From: Candidatus Shapirobacteria bacterium
GTDB lineage: Bacteria > Patescibacteriota > Microgenomatia > UBA12405
Assembly (NCBI GenBank): GCA_028704635.1
Contig: JAQWFB010000001.1
Coordinates: forward strand, 69,541 to 133,540
Length of the DNA: 64,000 bases
Direction: 5' to 3'
The translations under genes were made by a program, and so were the position numbers. Positions 54,425 to 64,000 of the stretch are shown here, in pieces. How positions within the stretch are numbered: position 1 is the stretch's first letter; each line of letters begins with the position of its first letter. The notes beneath the pieces were generated by a model. The model saw nothing but the letters and a program-made list of their open reading frames with translations, was not told the origin of the DNA and did no database searches.

Positions 54425-57076
54425 TTAGGGAGTAGTTGTTCCTGTTGACGAAGTAGTTGTTCCAACCAAGGCCATCGTTGGAGTTGGTAGTTTATCCCAA
54501 GGTGTATTCACTCCAATTCTAGTTTCTTTTTCTACTGTATTACCATCTTTATCAGTTGCCTTAAATTTAATTACATGAGGACCATCAGACAAGCCACTAA
54601 TAGATGTTTCGTATGGTTTTTCTGTCCAAATTTTCTTCTCCAAACCATCAATCCACATTTTAACTTCAGTAACCTTTTTGTTCGAAGCTGTGGTTACTTT
54701 AGTATTAAAATCACTCGACACAGTTGATTGATCACCTGGATAATCAATTGTTAAAGCCACTAAGCCACCACTTCTACAAAAATTTGTCGGTGGAAGATAT
54801 TTACCATTATCAGATTGCTCTGCAATCCATTTATCAATTCCCACTTGCCATCGGTTTATTCCATCAGTTGAAATTGGATCTTCTTCTTTAAAAGAAAAAT
54901 ATTCTTTAGTATCATAATTTCCATTAGACACATCTTCCAAATTTGCCAAACCAGTTGAATCCTTACAAACTTTTAAATTAACATGAATCGGATCTGATAC
55001 TGATTGTTGAGTCCCATCAATAAAATATTCCTTTTTAGAAGCAAATCCATCATGAGCCGGATAACCAGATACTGCATCAACATCAATATTTATAATTCCG
55101 CTCGGAATTGGAAAATCTTTTTTCTCTCTCTTTGGTAATTCAAAAAGCATTATTTTTCTCCAAATTGGCGCTGCTCCAGAAACACCAGAAGCCACCTTTC
55201 CCATTGGGGAGTTATCATTATTTCCAACCCATACTGCAGTCAACAAATTCGGAGTCCAGCCAATTGTCCAGTTGTCACGTAAATCATTTGTCGTTCCAGT
55301 TTTTACTGCCACCTGGTACCCAGAAATTTGAAGACTATTAACTGCTCCAAAAGTCATTGATCTAGCTGAATTATCAGATAAAATATTTGAAATAATAAAT
55401 GATTCTTGTTCTGTCATCACTTTCTCACCCTCTGGTGCTTTATATTCTTCCAACACTCTACCACTATTATCCTCAACCTTTAAAATTCCCACCGGTTGCA
55501 TACTGGTTCCACCATTAGCAAAAGCCGTATAAGCTGAAGCCAAATCAATCATTTTCACTTCAGCCCCTCCCAACGTCACCGCCAAACCAAATCTGGATAA
55601 ATTTTCATTAGTTGGTTCTAATGTCGATAAGCCCATTTTATAAGCCAAAGTTAACATGTTTTTTACCCCAACATTAGCCAAAACTTTTACTGCTACTGTA
55701 TTTATAGAATTACCCAAAGCATTTCTAAGTGACATCGGACCATTAAATTTACCATTATAATTTTCAGGACTGTAATCCTTTTGTCCAGCACCTCCAGGAA
55801 AAGTAACCGGTGTATCCATAAACATAGTTGCAGCCGTCATTCCTTTTTGAAGTCCAGCCAAATAGGTGATTGGTTTAATGGACGACCCTGGTTGTCTTAA
55901 TGCCTGAGTTACCATATTAAAATTACCATCGGTTTTAGTTGAAAAATAATCCCTCGAACCCACCATCGCTAAAACCTGACCATTAGTTGGATCCAAAACC
56001 AAAGCCGCTCCATTAGTTATTCCCAATTTTTCCGATGCATCAATTTGCTCACTTACTATTTTTTCCATCTGTTCTTGTAACTCCAAATCCAATGTCGTTG
56101 TAATTTTTAAACCACCATTTTCAACCACTTCTGCACCATATTTTTGAGTTAATAAATCTTTAATCCAAAAAACAAAATGCGCTGCTTTTGTTGTTGAATC
56201 CTCACTTCCAAAATTATAATTATTAACTTCTTCCATTGTTGCATCCGCCAATTCTTGAGTAATATATCCATCTTCAACCATTCTTGTTAACACATGATTA
56301 GTTCTATCAACATAAGCTTTTGGCGTACTTGAATAAGGTGAATAGACACTAGGTAACTGTGGCAAACCAGCCAAAATTGCACATTCTGCCAAATTTAAAT
56401 TTTTTACTTTCTTTCCAAAATATTGTTCAGCTGCCGGCCCCACTCCCCAAGAATTTCCACCATATGGTGCCTCATTCAAATACATCAACAAAATTTCATC
56501 TTTACTATACTTAGCATCAATTTGAATCGACAAAATCATTTCCTTTATTTTTCTAGTCAACGATCTTTCTGTTGTCAACAAAACATTCCTTGTTAATTGT
56601 TGTGTCAAGGTTGATCCACCAGTAACTTTTCCAAAATAAAACAAATTTTTAACAATTCTAAACGGAGTCAATAAATCAATACCACTGTGGGTATAAAAAC
56701 TTTTATCTTCTACTGCCACTGTTGCTTTCTTTAAATAATCAGGAATATCTTCTGCTACCACTGGTTCTCTTTTGGCATCATTATAAATATCAAACAAAGC
56801 ATTATCATTTCGATCATAAACCTTACTTGAATAGCCATCTCGTCTCACCACCTTCGTTGGAGATGGTAAATCTTTCGAATACCACACAAATAAAACCAAA
56901 ATAGCCACCACTCCAACTGCCAACAAAACCAAAACTACTCTAAAAAAATTAAACCAAAAACTTCTGCTCTTAATTTTAGTTCTAACATTCTCTCTCATTT
57001 TTAACCCAGATTCTGCAAATCTAAAAGAAAATTTTCTTTTCATTTTTGTAAAGAAAATAAGTAACTTTCGCTTCAT
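54425..57076 (-). CDS. class A penicillin-binding protein (PBP1A-type) with C-terminal Ig-like extension
   Basis: GT51 motif EDKSFYTHSGID. Transpeptidase SXXK in RQPGSSIKP, and KTGTT. N-terminal TM helix. 883 aa. Confidence 0.9.
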   Translation of the reverse strand: MKRKLLIFFTKMKRKFSFRFAESGLKMRENVRTKIKSRSFWFNFFRVVLVLLAVGVVAILVLFVWYSKDLPSPTKVVRRDGYSSKVYDRNDNALFDIYNDAKREPVVAEDIPDYLKKATVAVEDKSFYTHSGIDLLTPFRIVKNLFYFGKVTGGSTLTQQLTRNVLLTTERSLTRKIKEMILSIQIDAKYSKDEILLMYLNEAPYGGNSWGVGPAAEQYFGKKVKNLNLAECAILAGLPQLPSVYSPYSSTPKAYVDRTNHVLTRMVEDGYITQELADATMEEVNNYNFGSEDSTTKAAHFVFWIKDLLTQKYGAEVVENGGLKITTTLDLELQEQMEKIVSEQIDASEKLGITNGAALVLDPTNGQVLAMVGSRDYFSTKTDGNFNMVTQALRQPGSSIKPITYLAGLQKGMTAATMFMDTPVTFPGGAGQKDYSPENYNGKFNGPMSLRNALGNSINTVAVKVLANVGVKNMLTLAYKMGLSTLEPTNENLSRFGLAVTLGGAEVKMIDLASAYTAFANGGTSMQPVGILKVEDNSGRVLEEYKAPEGEKVMTEQESFIISNILSDNSARSMTFGAVNSLQISGYQVAVKTGTTNDLRDNWTIGWTPNLLTAVWVGNNDNSPMGKVASGVSGAAPIWRKIMLFELPKREKKDFPIPSGIINIDVDAVSGYPAHDGFASKKEYFIDGTQQSVSDPIHVNLKVCKDSTGLANLEDVSNGNYDTKEYFSFKEEDPISTDGINRWQVGIDKWIAEQSDNGKYLPPTNFCRSGGLVALTIDYPGDQSTVSSDFNTKVTTASNKKVTEVKMWIDGLEKKIWTEKPYETSISGLSDGPHVIKFKATDKDGNTVEKETRIGVNTPWDKLPTPTMALVGTTTSSTGTTTP

Positions 57077-57260
57077 TGCATTAAAATCATTAACGGAGCC
57101 AATAAACTAGACAATAATAATGCCAATAAAGTCACTACCAAAATAGTTTTTTTAATTGTATTTGACTTGATCTTCATAAACTAATCATAGCACAAAATTA
57201 AAACTAATTAACCCCAATTAAACCCGAAAACTAAATAAATTTTTTGCTATTATTATTTCT

Positions 57261-59267
57261 ATGGACAGTCTTTCTCAAATTCCCGGCGTTGGGCCAAAAA
57301 TTATTGAAAAACTCAAACGACTCAACATCAATTATTCAAAAGATTTACTTTATCATTTTCCTAATCGTTACATCGATTTTTCCCATTCTGTCAAAATAAA
57401 TTCCATTTTGGAAAATGAAAATGTTACGATCACTGGCCAAATTTTAGATTTCAAAAATATTTTTACTAAAACTGGTAAAAATATTCAAAAAGCTATTATT
57501 ACCGATAATACTGGAAAAATAGATCTAATTTGGTTTAATCAACCCTATTTATCCAAAAATATCAAAACAGGGGATATTCTCAGTTTCGCTGGCACTGTTT
57601 CTCTTTTTCAAAATAAAAAAACCATTATCGCCCCAGAATATGGTCCTCACAACACTGGTAAAATTATCGCCGTTTATCCTGAAACCAATGGTCTAACTTC
57701 CAAATGGTTTCGCAAAATTATTCAAACTCAAATTTCAAATCTTTTAAATCCCGTCACAGAAACATTACCCACCGACTTAATTAAAAAATTTAAATTATTA
57801 GACTTAAAAACCGCTCTTCTTCAAATTCACTGTCCCACCGACTCCCAACTTCTTTCTCAAGCCAGAACCCGTCTGGCTACTGAAGAAATTTTATCTCTTC
57901 AAATTAAATCCTATCTTTCCAAAAAAGATTGGCTAAAGCAAAACCCTAAAACCAAAATTAAAATTACCAAGCCTATCGATAAAAAAATTAAAGATTTAAT
58001 AAAATCATTATCTTTTAAATTAACTGATTCTCAAAATAAAGTTATAACTGAAATTTTTTCCGATCTTACCAATCCTAATCAAGTTATGAATCGGCTTCTT
58101 CAAGGCGATGTTGGTTCGGGTAAAACCATCGTCGCCCTACTTTCTTGTTATTTAACTCATCTAAATAATTCTTTGTCTGTTTTAATCGCCCCTACTGAAA
58201 TTTTAGCTCATCAACACTACCAAAATTTTCAAGATATTTTAAAAGACAAAAATATTCCTATTTTCCTAATGACTGGCTCCAAAAAAATCGACCTCAAAAA
58301 AATCCCTAAAAACGCAATAATTATTAGTACCCATGCCATAATTTATAAAAAAGATAACCTAAAAAACAAAATTTCTCTTTTAATCATCGACGAACAACAT
58401 AAATTTGGGGTCAAACAACGATCTTTTTTAAATTCCTCAACAAAATTACCACACTGTTTAACCATGACCGCTACTCCAATTCCTCGAACCATCAGTCTAA
58501 CATTACTTGGTAACTTAGACATTTCCATTATTGATACTCTTCCTCAAAATCGCCTTCAAATTAAAACCTTTCTGGTTCCTGATACTAAAAAAATCAATTG
58601 TTATAAATGGATTGAGACCGAAATTAAAAAAACCGGTTGTCAAGCATTCATTGTTTGCCCATTCATCGATATTTCCGAGTCCATGGCCAGTGTTAAATCT
58701 GCCATCAAAGAATTTGAATTTTTATCAAAAAATATTTTCCCAAATCTAAAATTAGGCCTAATTCATGGCAAAATTAAATCAGAAACTCGCCAAAAAATAA
58801 TTAAACAATTCCAAGATAATAAAATTAATATTCTTATTACCACTCCTATTATTGAAGTCGGTGTCGATATTCCCAATTCTTCCATTATTATTATTCAATC
58901 AGCCGACCGCTTTGGTTTAGCTCAGCTTCACCAGCTCCGCGGTCGAGTTGGCAGGGGACACCAACAAAGTTTCTGTTATCTTTTTACTGAATCCCAAAAT
59001 TCCAAAGCCATAAATCGTCTTGAATTTTTAGAAAAAAACCATAATGGTCTAAAAATCGCTGAATATGATTTAAAAAATAGGGGACCAGGTGAAGCTTTTT
59101 CTACTATTCAACATGGTTTTCCCTCTCTAAAAATTGCCAGTTTCTCCGATGCTAAATTAATCAGTTTCAGTCAAGAAATTTTAAAAGAAATTATTAAAAA
59201 TTATCCCGAATTTAATTTTTCTCAAATCATTTCCGAAAACATTATTTCCGAATCAATCAATAATTAA
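57261..59267 (+). CDS. recG: ATP-dependent DNA helicase RecG
   Basis: Wedge domain, Walker A GDVGSGKT, DEQH box, QLHQLRGRVGRG motif VI. Confidence 0.9.
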   Translation: MDSLSQIPGVGPKIIEKLKRLNINYSKDLLYHFPNRYIDFSHSVKINSILENENVTITGQILDFKNIFTKTGKNIQKAIITDNTGKIDLIWFNQPYLSKNIKTGDILSFAGTVSLFQNKKTIIAPEYGPHNTGKIIAVYPETNGLTSKWFRKIIQTQISNLLNPVTETLPTDLIKKFKLLDLKTALLQIHCPTDSQLLSQARTRLATEEILSLQIKSYLSKKDWLKQNPKTKIKITKPIDKKIKDLIKSLSFKLTDSQNKVITEIFSDLTNPNQVMNRLLQGDVGSGKTIVALLSCYLTHLNNSLSVLIAPTEILAHQHYQNFQDILKDKNIPIFLMTGSKKIDLKKIPKNAIIISTHAIIYKKDNLKNKISLLIIDEQHKFGVKQRSFLNSSTKLPHCLTMTATPIPRTISLTLLGNLDISIIDTLPQNRLQIKTFLVPDTKKINCYKWIETEIKKTGCQAFIVCPFIDISESMASVKSAIKEFEFLSKNIFPNLKLGLIHGKIKSETRQKIIKQFQDNKINILITTPIIEVGVDIPNSSIIIIQSADRFGLAQLHQLRGRVGRGHQQSFCYLFTESQNSKAINRLEFLEKNHNGLKIAEYDLKNRGPGEAFSTIQHGFPSLKIASFSDAKLISFSQEILKEIIKNYPEFNFSQIISENIISESINN

Positions 59268-59270
59268 CTT

Positions 59271-59308
59271 TATAACTTGATAAACTTGATAAACTTGATA
59301 AACTACTA
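59271..59308 (+). repeat. short tandem repeat (taaacttga-like 9-mer x ~4)
   Basis: tataacttga taaacttga taaacttga taaactact directly between recG and rpmF. Confidence 0.4.
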
Positions 59309-59464
59309 ACCATGACAGCAGTACCAAAACATTGGCCATCTAGTCGCCGACAAGGCAAAAGAAGAGCCGCTCAAACTGGCCCTAAAATAGCCAAAACCGT
59401 AAATTGTAAACATTGTGGTCAACCCAAAATGGCTGGTTTTCAATGCCCTAATTGCAAACAGTGA
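59303..59464 (+). CDS. rpmF: 50S ribosomal protein L32
   Basis: Not in the ORF track (53 aa). MTAVPKHWPSSRRQGKRRAAQTGPKIAKTVNCKHCGQPKMAGFQCPNCKQ with the L32 SRR.KRR block and a C4 zinc ribbon. Confidence 0.8.
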   Translation, partial: LLTMTAVPKHWPSSRRQGKRRAAQTGPKIAKTVNCKHCGQPKMAGFQCPNCKQ

Positions 59465-59871
59465 AAAATAAATTCGATCCACGTCATCTAAAAAGAATTA
59501 AAAATATTCAAGCATTATTTGCTTGGGGTTGTGGCGGTATCGAAGTCAAAACCGAAGAATTCGATAAAATTGTCAAATCTGTTCCAGAAATCGACATTAT
59601 CATTCAAGAAAACGCTCCAAAATGGCCACTCGACAAAATTAATAAAATTGATTTAAGCGTTTTAAGATACACTTTTTGGGAGTTGTTTTATTTAAAGAAA
59701 AATCCACCAAAAGTTGTCATCGATGAAGCCATTGAAATTGCCAGAGAATATGGAACTGAATCTAGTTCTTCTTTTGTTAATGGTGTTATTGGCAGCGCTA
59801 TTAAAAAATCTAAACTAGATGTTAATCAAGAATCAGAATATGAACCAGAATCTCCAGAATCTTCAAAATAA
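59452..59871 (+). CDS. nusB: transcription antitermination factor NusB
   Basis: HLKRIKNIQALFAW N-terminal block and C-terminal FVNGVIGSAIKK. TTG start at 59452 (alternative GTG at 59461), overlapping the rpmF 3' end. Confidence 0.65.
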   Translation: MQTVKNKFDPRHLKRIKNIQALFAWGCGGIEVKTEEFDKIVKSVPEIDIIIQENAPKWPLDKINKIDLSVLRYTFWELFYLKKNPPKVVIDEAIEIAREYGTESSSSFVNGVIGSAIKKSKLDVNQESEYEPESPESSK

Positions 59872-60538
59872 AATTGACTACACTTTCAAAGACGAGAAAA
59901 AGTTAGAACAAGCCTTAACCCATCGTTCCTTTTTAAACGAAAACCGTAGCCAAAATTTACAATCAAACGAAACTTACGAATTTTTAGGTGACTCTATCCT
60001 TGAATTTTGGATTTCCGACAAACTTTTTCATAAATTTCCGGAATTTAACGAGGGAGATTTGACTAATCTCAGAGCTCTAATCGTTTGTACTGAAAATTTA
60101 GCCTTAACATCAATAAAAATCGGGTTGGGAGATTTTATTTTACTTTCTAAGGGTGAAGAACGACATGGTGGTCGAACCAACCATTCCATTCTTGCCGATA
60201 CCTTCGAATCAGTTCTTGGATCAATTTTTCTTGATGGTGGTATTGCTCCGGCCTTTAAGTTCTTAGAAAAAACTCTCAATCCAAGTATTTCTGAATTATC
60301 ACAAAAAAAAGTTTACAAAGACCCTAAAAGTCTTTTTCAAGAAATTGCCCAATCAAAGAGGGGAATTACTCCTAAATATCAAACCATCGGCGAATCCGGA
60401 CCTGACCACTTAAAAGTTTTCGAAGTAGCCGTTTTTTTAAATGACGAGTTAATTGCCTCGGGTTCCGGCAATTCAAAACAAAAAGCCGAAGAAGATGCTT
60501 CAATTAAAGCTACCAAAATCCTTACTAATCTTGTATAA
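59819..60538 (+). CDS. rnc: ribonuclease III
   Basis: RNase III signature YEFLGDSILEFWIS and C-terminal dsRBD. Confidence 0.9.
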   Translation: MLIKNQNMNQNLQNLQNKIDYTFKDEKKLEQALTHRSFLNENRSQNLQSNETYEFLGDSILEFWISDKLFHKFPEFNEGDLTNLRALIVCTENLALTSIKIGLGDFILLSKGEERHGGRTNHSILADTFESVLGSIFLDGGIAPAFKFLEKTLNPSISELSQKKVYKDPKSLFQEIAQSKRGITPKYQTIGESGPDHLKVFEVAVFLNDELIASGSGNSKQKAEEDASIKATKILTNLV

Positions 60539-60546
60539 TCCACCAT

Positions 60547-60816
60547 ATGCTAAAAATAAAACTTGCTCCTCGTGGCAAAATTCATCAAATCACCTATAGA
60601 ATCGTTATTGCTCAAGACCGCAGCAAATTAAATGGTCCAGTTATTGACGATTTAGGTTTTTACACACCTCAAACCAAAACTTTTGAAATCAATAAACAAA
60701 AATTGGCCGATTGGCAAAAAAAAGGTGCTCAAATAACTTACGGTGTCGACCGACTTCTTAATCCTTCAAAATATCCTAAAAAAGTCAAAAAAGTTGTTGA
60801 GAAAAAATCTGAATAA
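60547..60816 (+). CDS. rpsP: 30S ribosomal protein S16
   Basis: MLKIKLAPRGKIHQITYRIVIAQDRSKLNG..GFYTP. Confidence 0.9.
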   Translation: MLKIKLAPRGKIHQITYRIVIAQDRSKLNGPVIDDLGFYTPQTKTFEINKQKLADWQKKGAQITYGVDRLLNPSKYPKKVKKVVEKKSE

Positions 60817-60818
60817 TT

Positions 60819-61052
60819 ATGAACACCATTAAAGATACTCTAGATTATATTGTTAAAGCCATAGTTCCCGATTCAAAAGAAGTTGTTATCACTGATTCTG
60901 AAGAAAATGGATTAATCACTTTTGAAATCAGTGCTCCACCAGAAATAATTGGAAAAATTATTGGAAAGGAAGGTAAAATAATCAAATCAGTTAGAACTAT
61001 TTTAAATCTATCCCATCCAAACACTCGTTTTCTACTCAAAATTAAAGACTAA
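60819..61052 (+). CDS. KH-domain RNA-binding protein (KhpA/YlqC-like)
   Basis: IIGKIIGKEGKIIKSVRTIL, the GxxG KH loop. 77 aa, immediately after rpsP. Confidence 0.8.
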   Translation: MNTIKDTLDYIVKAIVPDSKEVVITDSEENGLITFEISAPPEIIGKIIGKEGKIIKSVRTILNLSHPNTRFLLKIKD

Positions 61053-61797
61053 AAGGATTTTCTCTTTGATATTGTTTAAACTCTGTCGTTCCTATATTAG
61101 ATTGATTTTCTTCTATTTTAGTAAAACTACTTATCTTTTCTAACAAAGCTGATTCTTCATTTGATAAAATTAAATCGCTTAACGCAACATTACTCGTATC
61201 TATATTTATTTCATCACCAATATAATAAGAAGAAACTGTTAAATTCAATCTTGCGATATCTCCACTCGTACTAGTTTCAAATCTATCAATAAATAAAATA
61301 GGTAAAGTTCTTTCCAAAGCCGATATTAATTCTAACTTTTTATCTTTTGGTCCATCTAATGATAAATTTATTGGCATTTTAACCATATTTCCCAAAGAAG
61401 TTTTACTTTTTACTTCGTCATCTTTTAATTCACCTGGTGCCAAAGAAAAACTTTCTATTTGATAATTAAACTTACTCGCTACCCCTCTTATTATCCCCAC
61501 TAATAAATAAAACTCTTTATTCTTTAAAACCGCATTATCTAAATAGTCCGCATTTTTTTGCAATTCTTCTGAGTCTACAGAATTCAAATATTTAATTTGC
61601 TCGTTTACCTTATCAGTTTTAGAATTAATTTCATTAATTTTTTTATTTACATTCCTAATTTCATTTATTCTTGGTATTAAAATAAAATTCAAGCTAATAA
61701 AAAAAATTAAAATTAAAACCAATGGAGGCAAAAAAAGTGTCAATAATGATTTTTCTAACCCAAAAATTTTGTCTGGCAACTTAAAACCTTCTTTCAT
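61042..61797 (-). CDS. type IV pilus assembly protein PilO-like
   Basis: N-terminal TM helix then coiled coil. Last gene of a pilM-pilN-pilO arrangement. Confidence 0.55.
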   Translation of the reverse strand: MKEGFKLPDKIFGLEKSLLTLFLPPLVLILIFFISLNFILIPRINEIRNVNKKINEINSKTDKVNEQIKYLNSVDSEELQKNADYLDNAVLKNKEFYLLVGIIRGVASKFNYQIESFSLAPGELKDDEVKSKTSLGNMVKMPINLSLDGPKDKKLELISALERTLPILFIDRFETSTSGDIARLNLTVSSYYIGDEINIDTSNVALSDLILSNEESALLEKISSFTKIEENQSNIGTTEFKQYQRENPFSL

Positions 61798-62336
61798 ATT
61801 AAATCAACCTCCATTTCGAATGTCCAACTATTATATCCAATGGCTACTGAATTTAATTTAGCCAAACCAAAATCAGGATACAAACCAAGATTAATATCTC
61901 TTACTTTATCTTCAACTTCACTAATATTAATTCCATTAACCATAGAACCTTTTAACAAAAACTGTTTTTTATCCTTTATTTCAAAATTTTCCAAAGTTAT
62001 ATTTTCCGAAAACAAATTCATTATTTTCTCAATCGAAGATCCATATTCAAACCTTTCTTTTAAAACCTGTCCAACCAACTTGGCCTGATATTTGTTTTTT
62101 TTACTCAAAACCACATTTGTTGCCAATGACCCATAATTATTCAATGCAGTTGTATTTTTACTTTCCGTTTTTTTTAATGAATAACTACTAAGCCAAAACC
62201 AGCTAAAAATAAACACCGCCGACAAAACCCAACATCCCAAAAAAATGCCCATCCCTAAATTAATTCTTTTTCTAAGTCTAATTTTTGCTGCCTGAAATTT
62301 CGCCACTGAAGGCAATAAATTCAATCCTTCCTTCAT
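61794..62336 (-). CDS. type IV pilus assembly protein PilN
   Basis: N-terminal LNLLPSVAKFQAAKIRLRKRI (INLLP motif) then a TM helix. Confidence 0.7.
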   Translation of the reverse strand: MKEGLNLLPSVAKFQAAKIRLRKRINLGMGIFLGCWVLSAVFIFSWFWLSSYSLKKTESKNTTALNNYGSLATNVVLSKKNKYQAKLVGQVLKERFEYGSSIEKIMNLFSENITLENFEIKDKKQFLLKGSMVNGINISEVEDKVRDINLGLYPDFGLAKLNSVAIGYNSWTFEMEVDLI

Positions 62337-63358
62337 ATTAAACTCCTTAAAGCCAAACCAACAGATAAAGAAAATCTACAACCCTCAGTATTTAAATTAT
62401 AAACAGATTGAACTTTCGTTGTATCGATATTAACAAAAGGTTGCAAAACCTGAACTTCAATTCCTAATATTTTCGTTAATTCTTCAGCCATTCCCGGTAA
62501 ATTAGCACCACCACCAGTAAGAATCAAAAGTTCAGCTGGCTTTCCAATATCTTCATTAAATAAAGCCAAAGTCTTTCTTATCTCTTCACTAATATCGTTA
62601 AAAACCGGCATAATTGCAGCTCTTATTTTTCCTTCTAACTCACTTTCTTTCATTCCATAAGCTTTTTTATATTCCTCAGCTGAAGCCATATCTAAACTCA
62701 AATTTAAAGAAATCGCTCTAGTCAAAGACTCTCCTCCTACTGACAATGGTCTAGAAAAATAAACATTACTTTTATTAATACTAGAAATATCAGAATATTT
62801 TTCGCCAATATCAACCACCACCACCCTTTCAACCATTGGCGTCCCTAATTTTAAAACACGTCTTAAAGCATTAGAAGGAGATTCCAAAGCTAACAATTCT
62901 AACCCTATTGATTTAAATAATTTAAGATAGCTATTTATCAAATCATTTTTTGCTGCAATTACAAAAATATTCAACCTCCCAGCATCATCTTTCTCTATCA
63001 CTTCATAATCTATTGAAACCTGATCTAACGGAAAAGGAACAAAAGTTTCTGCTTCAAACCGTAGTGCGTCCATAATTTCACTATCTTTCAATGGAGGTAA
63101 TCTCACTAATCTACTCATAACTTCATTTTCCGGTAAACTAACTACGGTTTGTTTACTTTTTATTTTTAAATCACCCAACAAACCCTTTATTTCTTTTCCA
63201 ACTTCAATCAAAAACTTATCCCTATTAATTTCTTTATTTTCTGTTTTTGGTATTTTACTTTCACCAATTGCATTTAAAACAATTTTAGAATTGTCATCAG
63301 AAATACAGGCAATTTTTACCGTGCTTTGACCAATATCAATACCAACAATACTACTCAT
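62333..63358 (-). CDS. type IV pilus assembly protein PilM (actin-like ATPase fold)
   Basis: IVGIDIGQSTVKIAC N-terminal phosphate-1 block. 341 aa. Stop overlaps the pilN start. Confidence 0.8.
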   Translation of the reverse strand: MSSIVGIDIGQSTVKIACISDDNSKIVLNAIGESKIPKTENKEINRDKFLIEVGKEIKGLLGDLKIKSKQTVVSLPENEVMSRLVRLPPLKDSEIMDALRFEAETFVPFPLDQVSIDYEVIEKDDAGRLNIFVIAAKNDLINSYLKLFKSIGLELLALESPSNALRRVLKLGTPMVERVVVVDIGEKYSDISSINKSNVYFSRPLSVGGESLTRAISLNLSLDMASAEEYKKAYGMKESELEGKIRAAIMPVFNDISEEIRKTLALFNEDIGKPAELLILTGGGANLPGMAEELTKILGIEVQVLQPFVNIDTTKVQSVYNLNTEGCRFSLSVGLALRSLI

Positions 63359-63399
63359 ACAATCTAAGTATATAGATTTTCTCCATCTGACTCAAGAAC

Positions 63400-63852
63400 T
63401 TATTCAATCGCATTCTTAGCAGTAATAGCATCCAACATAAAGGAAGGGAATTGATAGACATATCTGGTTTTAATTTGAGTTTTAACACCATTATCAGTAC
63501 TACTAGCAGCAGTTATTTCTTCTCCCTGAACAGGAAACTCAGAATCACCGGAAATTTTTATTTTAGCAGAGCCGCCTAATGGGGTTACTGAAACCAATAA
63601 AGATTTTTTACCGGTTACAGATATTTTATTACTACAATCAAAGTTAAAACCGACAAAATTAACATTAGGAACTGAAGGAGGACAACCAAATCTATCAACC
63701 TTATAATCAGATCCATCAATGTAAAAATAATCTATTTTTAAGGCAACATTGGTATTATCCGCCTCGATTTTAAAATCACTTTGATAATAAGTTGATCCAA
63801 TTTTATTATTATCATGATTAACTAACCAAAATAATTGATTTGTATTAGCCAA
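63400..63852 (-). CDS. hypothetical protein (possibly part of a larger secreted/pilus-associated gene running toward the window edge)
   Basis: 150-aa ORF, beta-rich composition, no motif recognized. Confidence 0.25.
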   Translation of the reverse strand: MANTNQLFWLVNHDNNKIGSTYYQSDFKIEADNTNVALKIDYFYIDGSDYKVDRFGCPPSVPNVNFVGFNFDCSNKISVTGKKSLLVSVTPLGGSAKIKISGDSEFPVQGEEITAASSTDNGVKTQIKTRYVYQFPSFMLDAITAKNAIE

Positions 63853-64000
63853 AACTACACCTTCTGTAGAAATTTCTTTAACATTATTACCACCAATTGA
63901 AGTAGAGGCTACAGTGGCACCACTACCCTCAGTTGAATAACTAGTTTTATTACTATCAGTTAAATAATTATTAATTGCTGATTCAGCTGTATTAAAAGCT

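Noticed and set aside
1-64000. CRISPR arrays, rRNA genes, tmRNA/RNase P
   Set aside because: No regularly spaced direct repeats, no rRNA-like conserved segments, and no recognizable structured RNA of those classes were seen on reading the sequence.

Overview
This is a low-GC (~33%) bacterial chromosome segment. It is gene-dense, uses the standard genetic code, and resembles a reduced CPR/Patescibacteria-type genome: short thrS and pheT, 14 tRNAs, a pilin/VirB4/VirB6-like cluster and pilMNO. Housekeeping content: macAB-like efflux, rtcB, tgt, a MiaB-family methylthiotransferase, a DRG-type GTPase, efp, tig, the thrS-infC-rpmI-rplT-pheST operon, PBP1A, recG, rpmF-nusB-rnc-rpsP-KH, and pilM/N/O. 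A Nudix/MazG nucleotide-hydrolase cluster is also present. Accessory content is concentrated between ~25.3 and 41.2 kb and is bounded on the right by tRNA-Leu(TAG)/tRNA-Lys. It contains (i) a complete diversity-generating retroelement (DGR). Its template repeat (TR, 25828-25955) and the variable repeat (VR, 28731-28858) at the 3' end of a secreted LamG/C-type-lectin-fold target gene differ only at TR adenines (12 A->N substitutions). The DGR has a DGR-type RT (IGxxxSQ, YMDD) and an Avd-like four-helix-bundle gene. (ii) A Fic gene sits between the RT and avd, flanked by perfect 17-bp direct repeats that also encode the C-termini of both flanking genes. (iii) A Lamassu/ABC-3C-like three-gene candidate defense operon. 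(iv) An integrative-element module: DUF2958, replication-relaxation protein, VirD4-like coupling ATPase, XRE repressor with palindromic operators, and a large serine recombinase whose 3' end overlaps tRNA-Leu antisense. Elsewhere there is a HEPN (Rx4H) two-gene module next to a 2H phosphoesterase, RtcB and a tRNA array. There is also an OLD-family ATPase-TOPRIM nuclease beside tRNA-Val, and a PLD-family nuclease. No rRNA or CRISPR array was seen.
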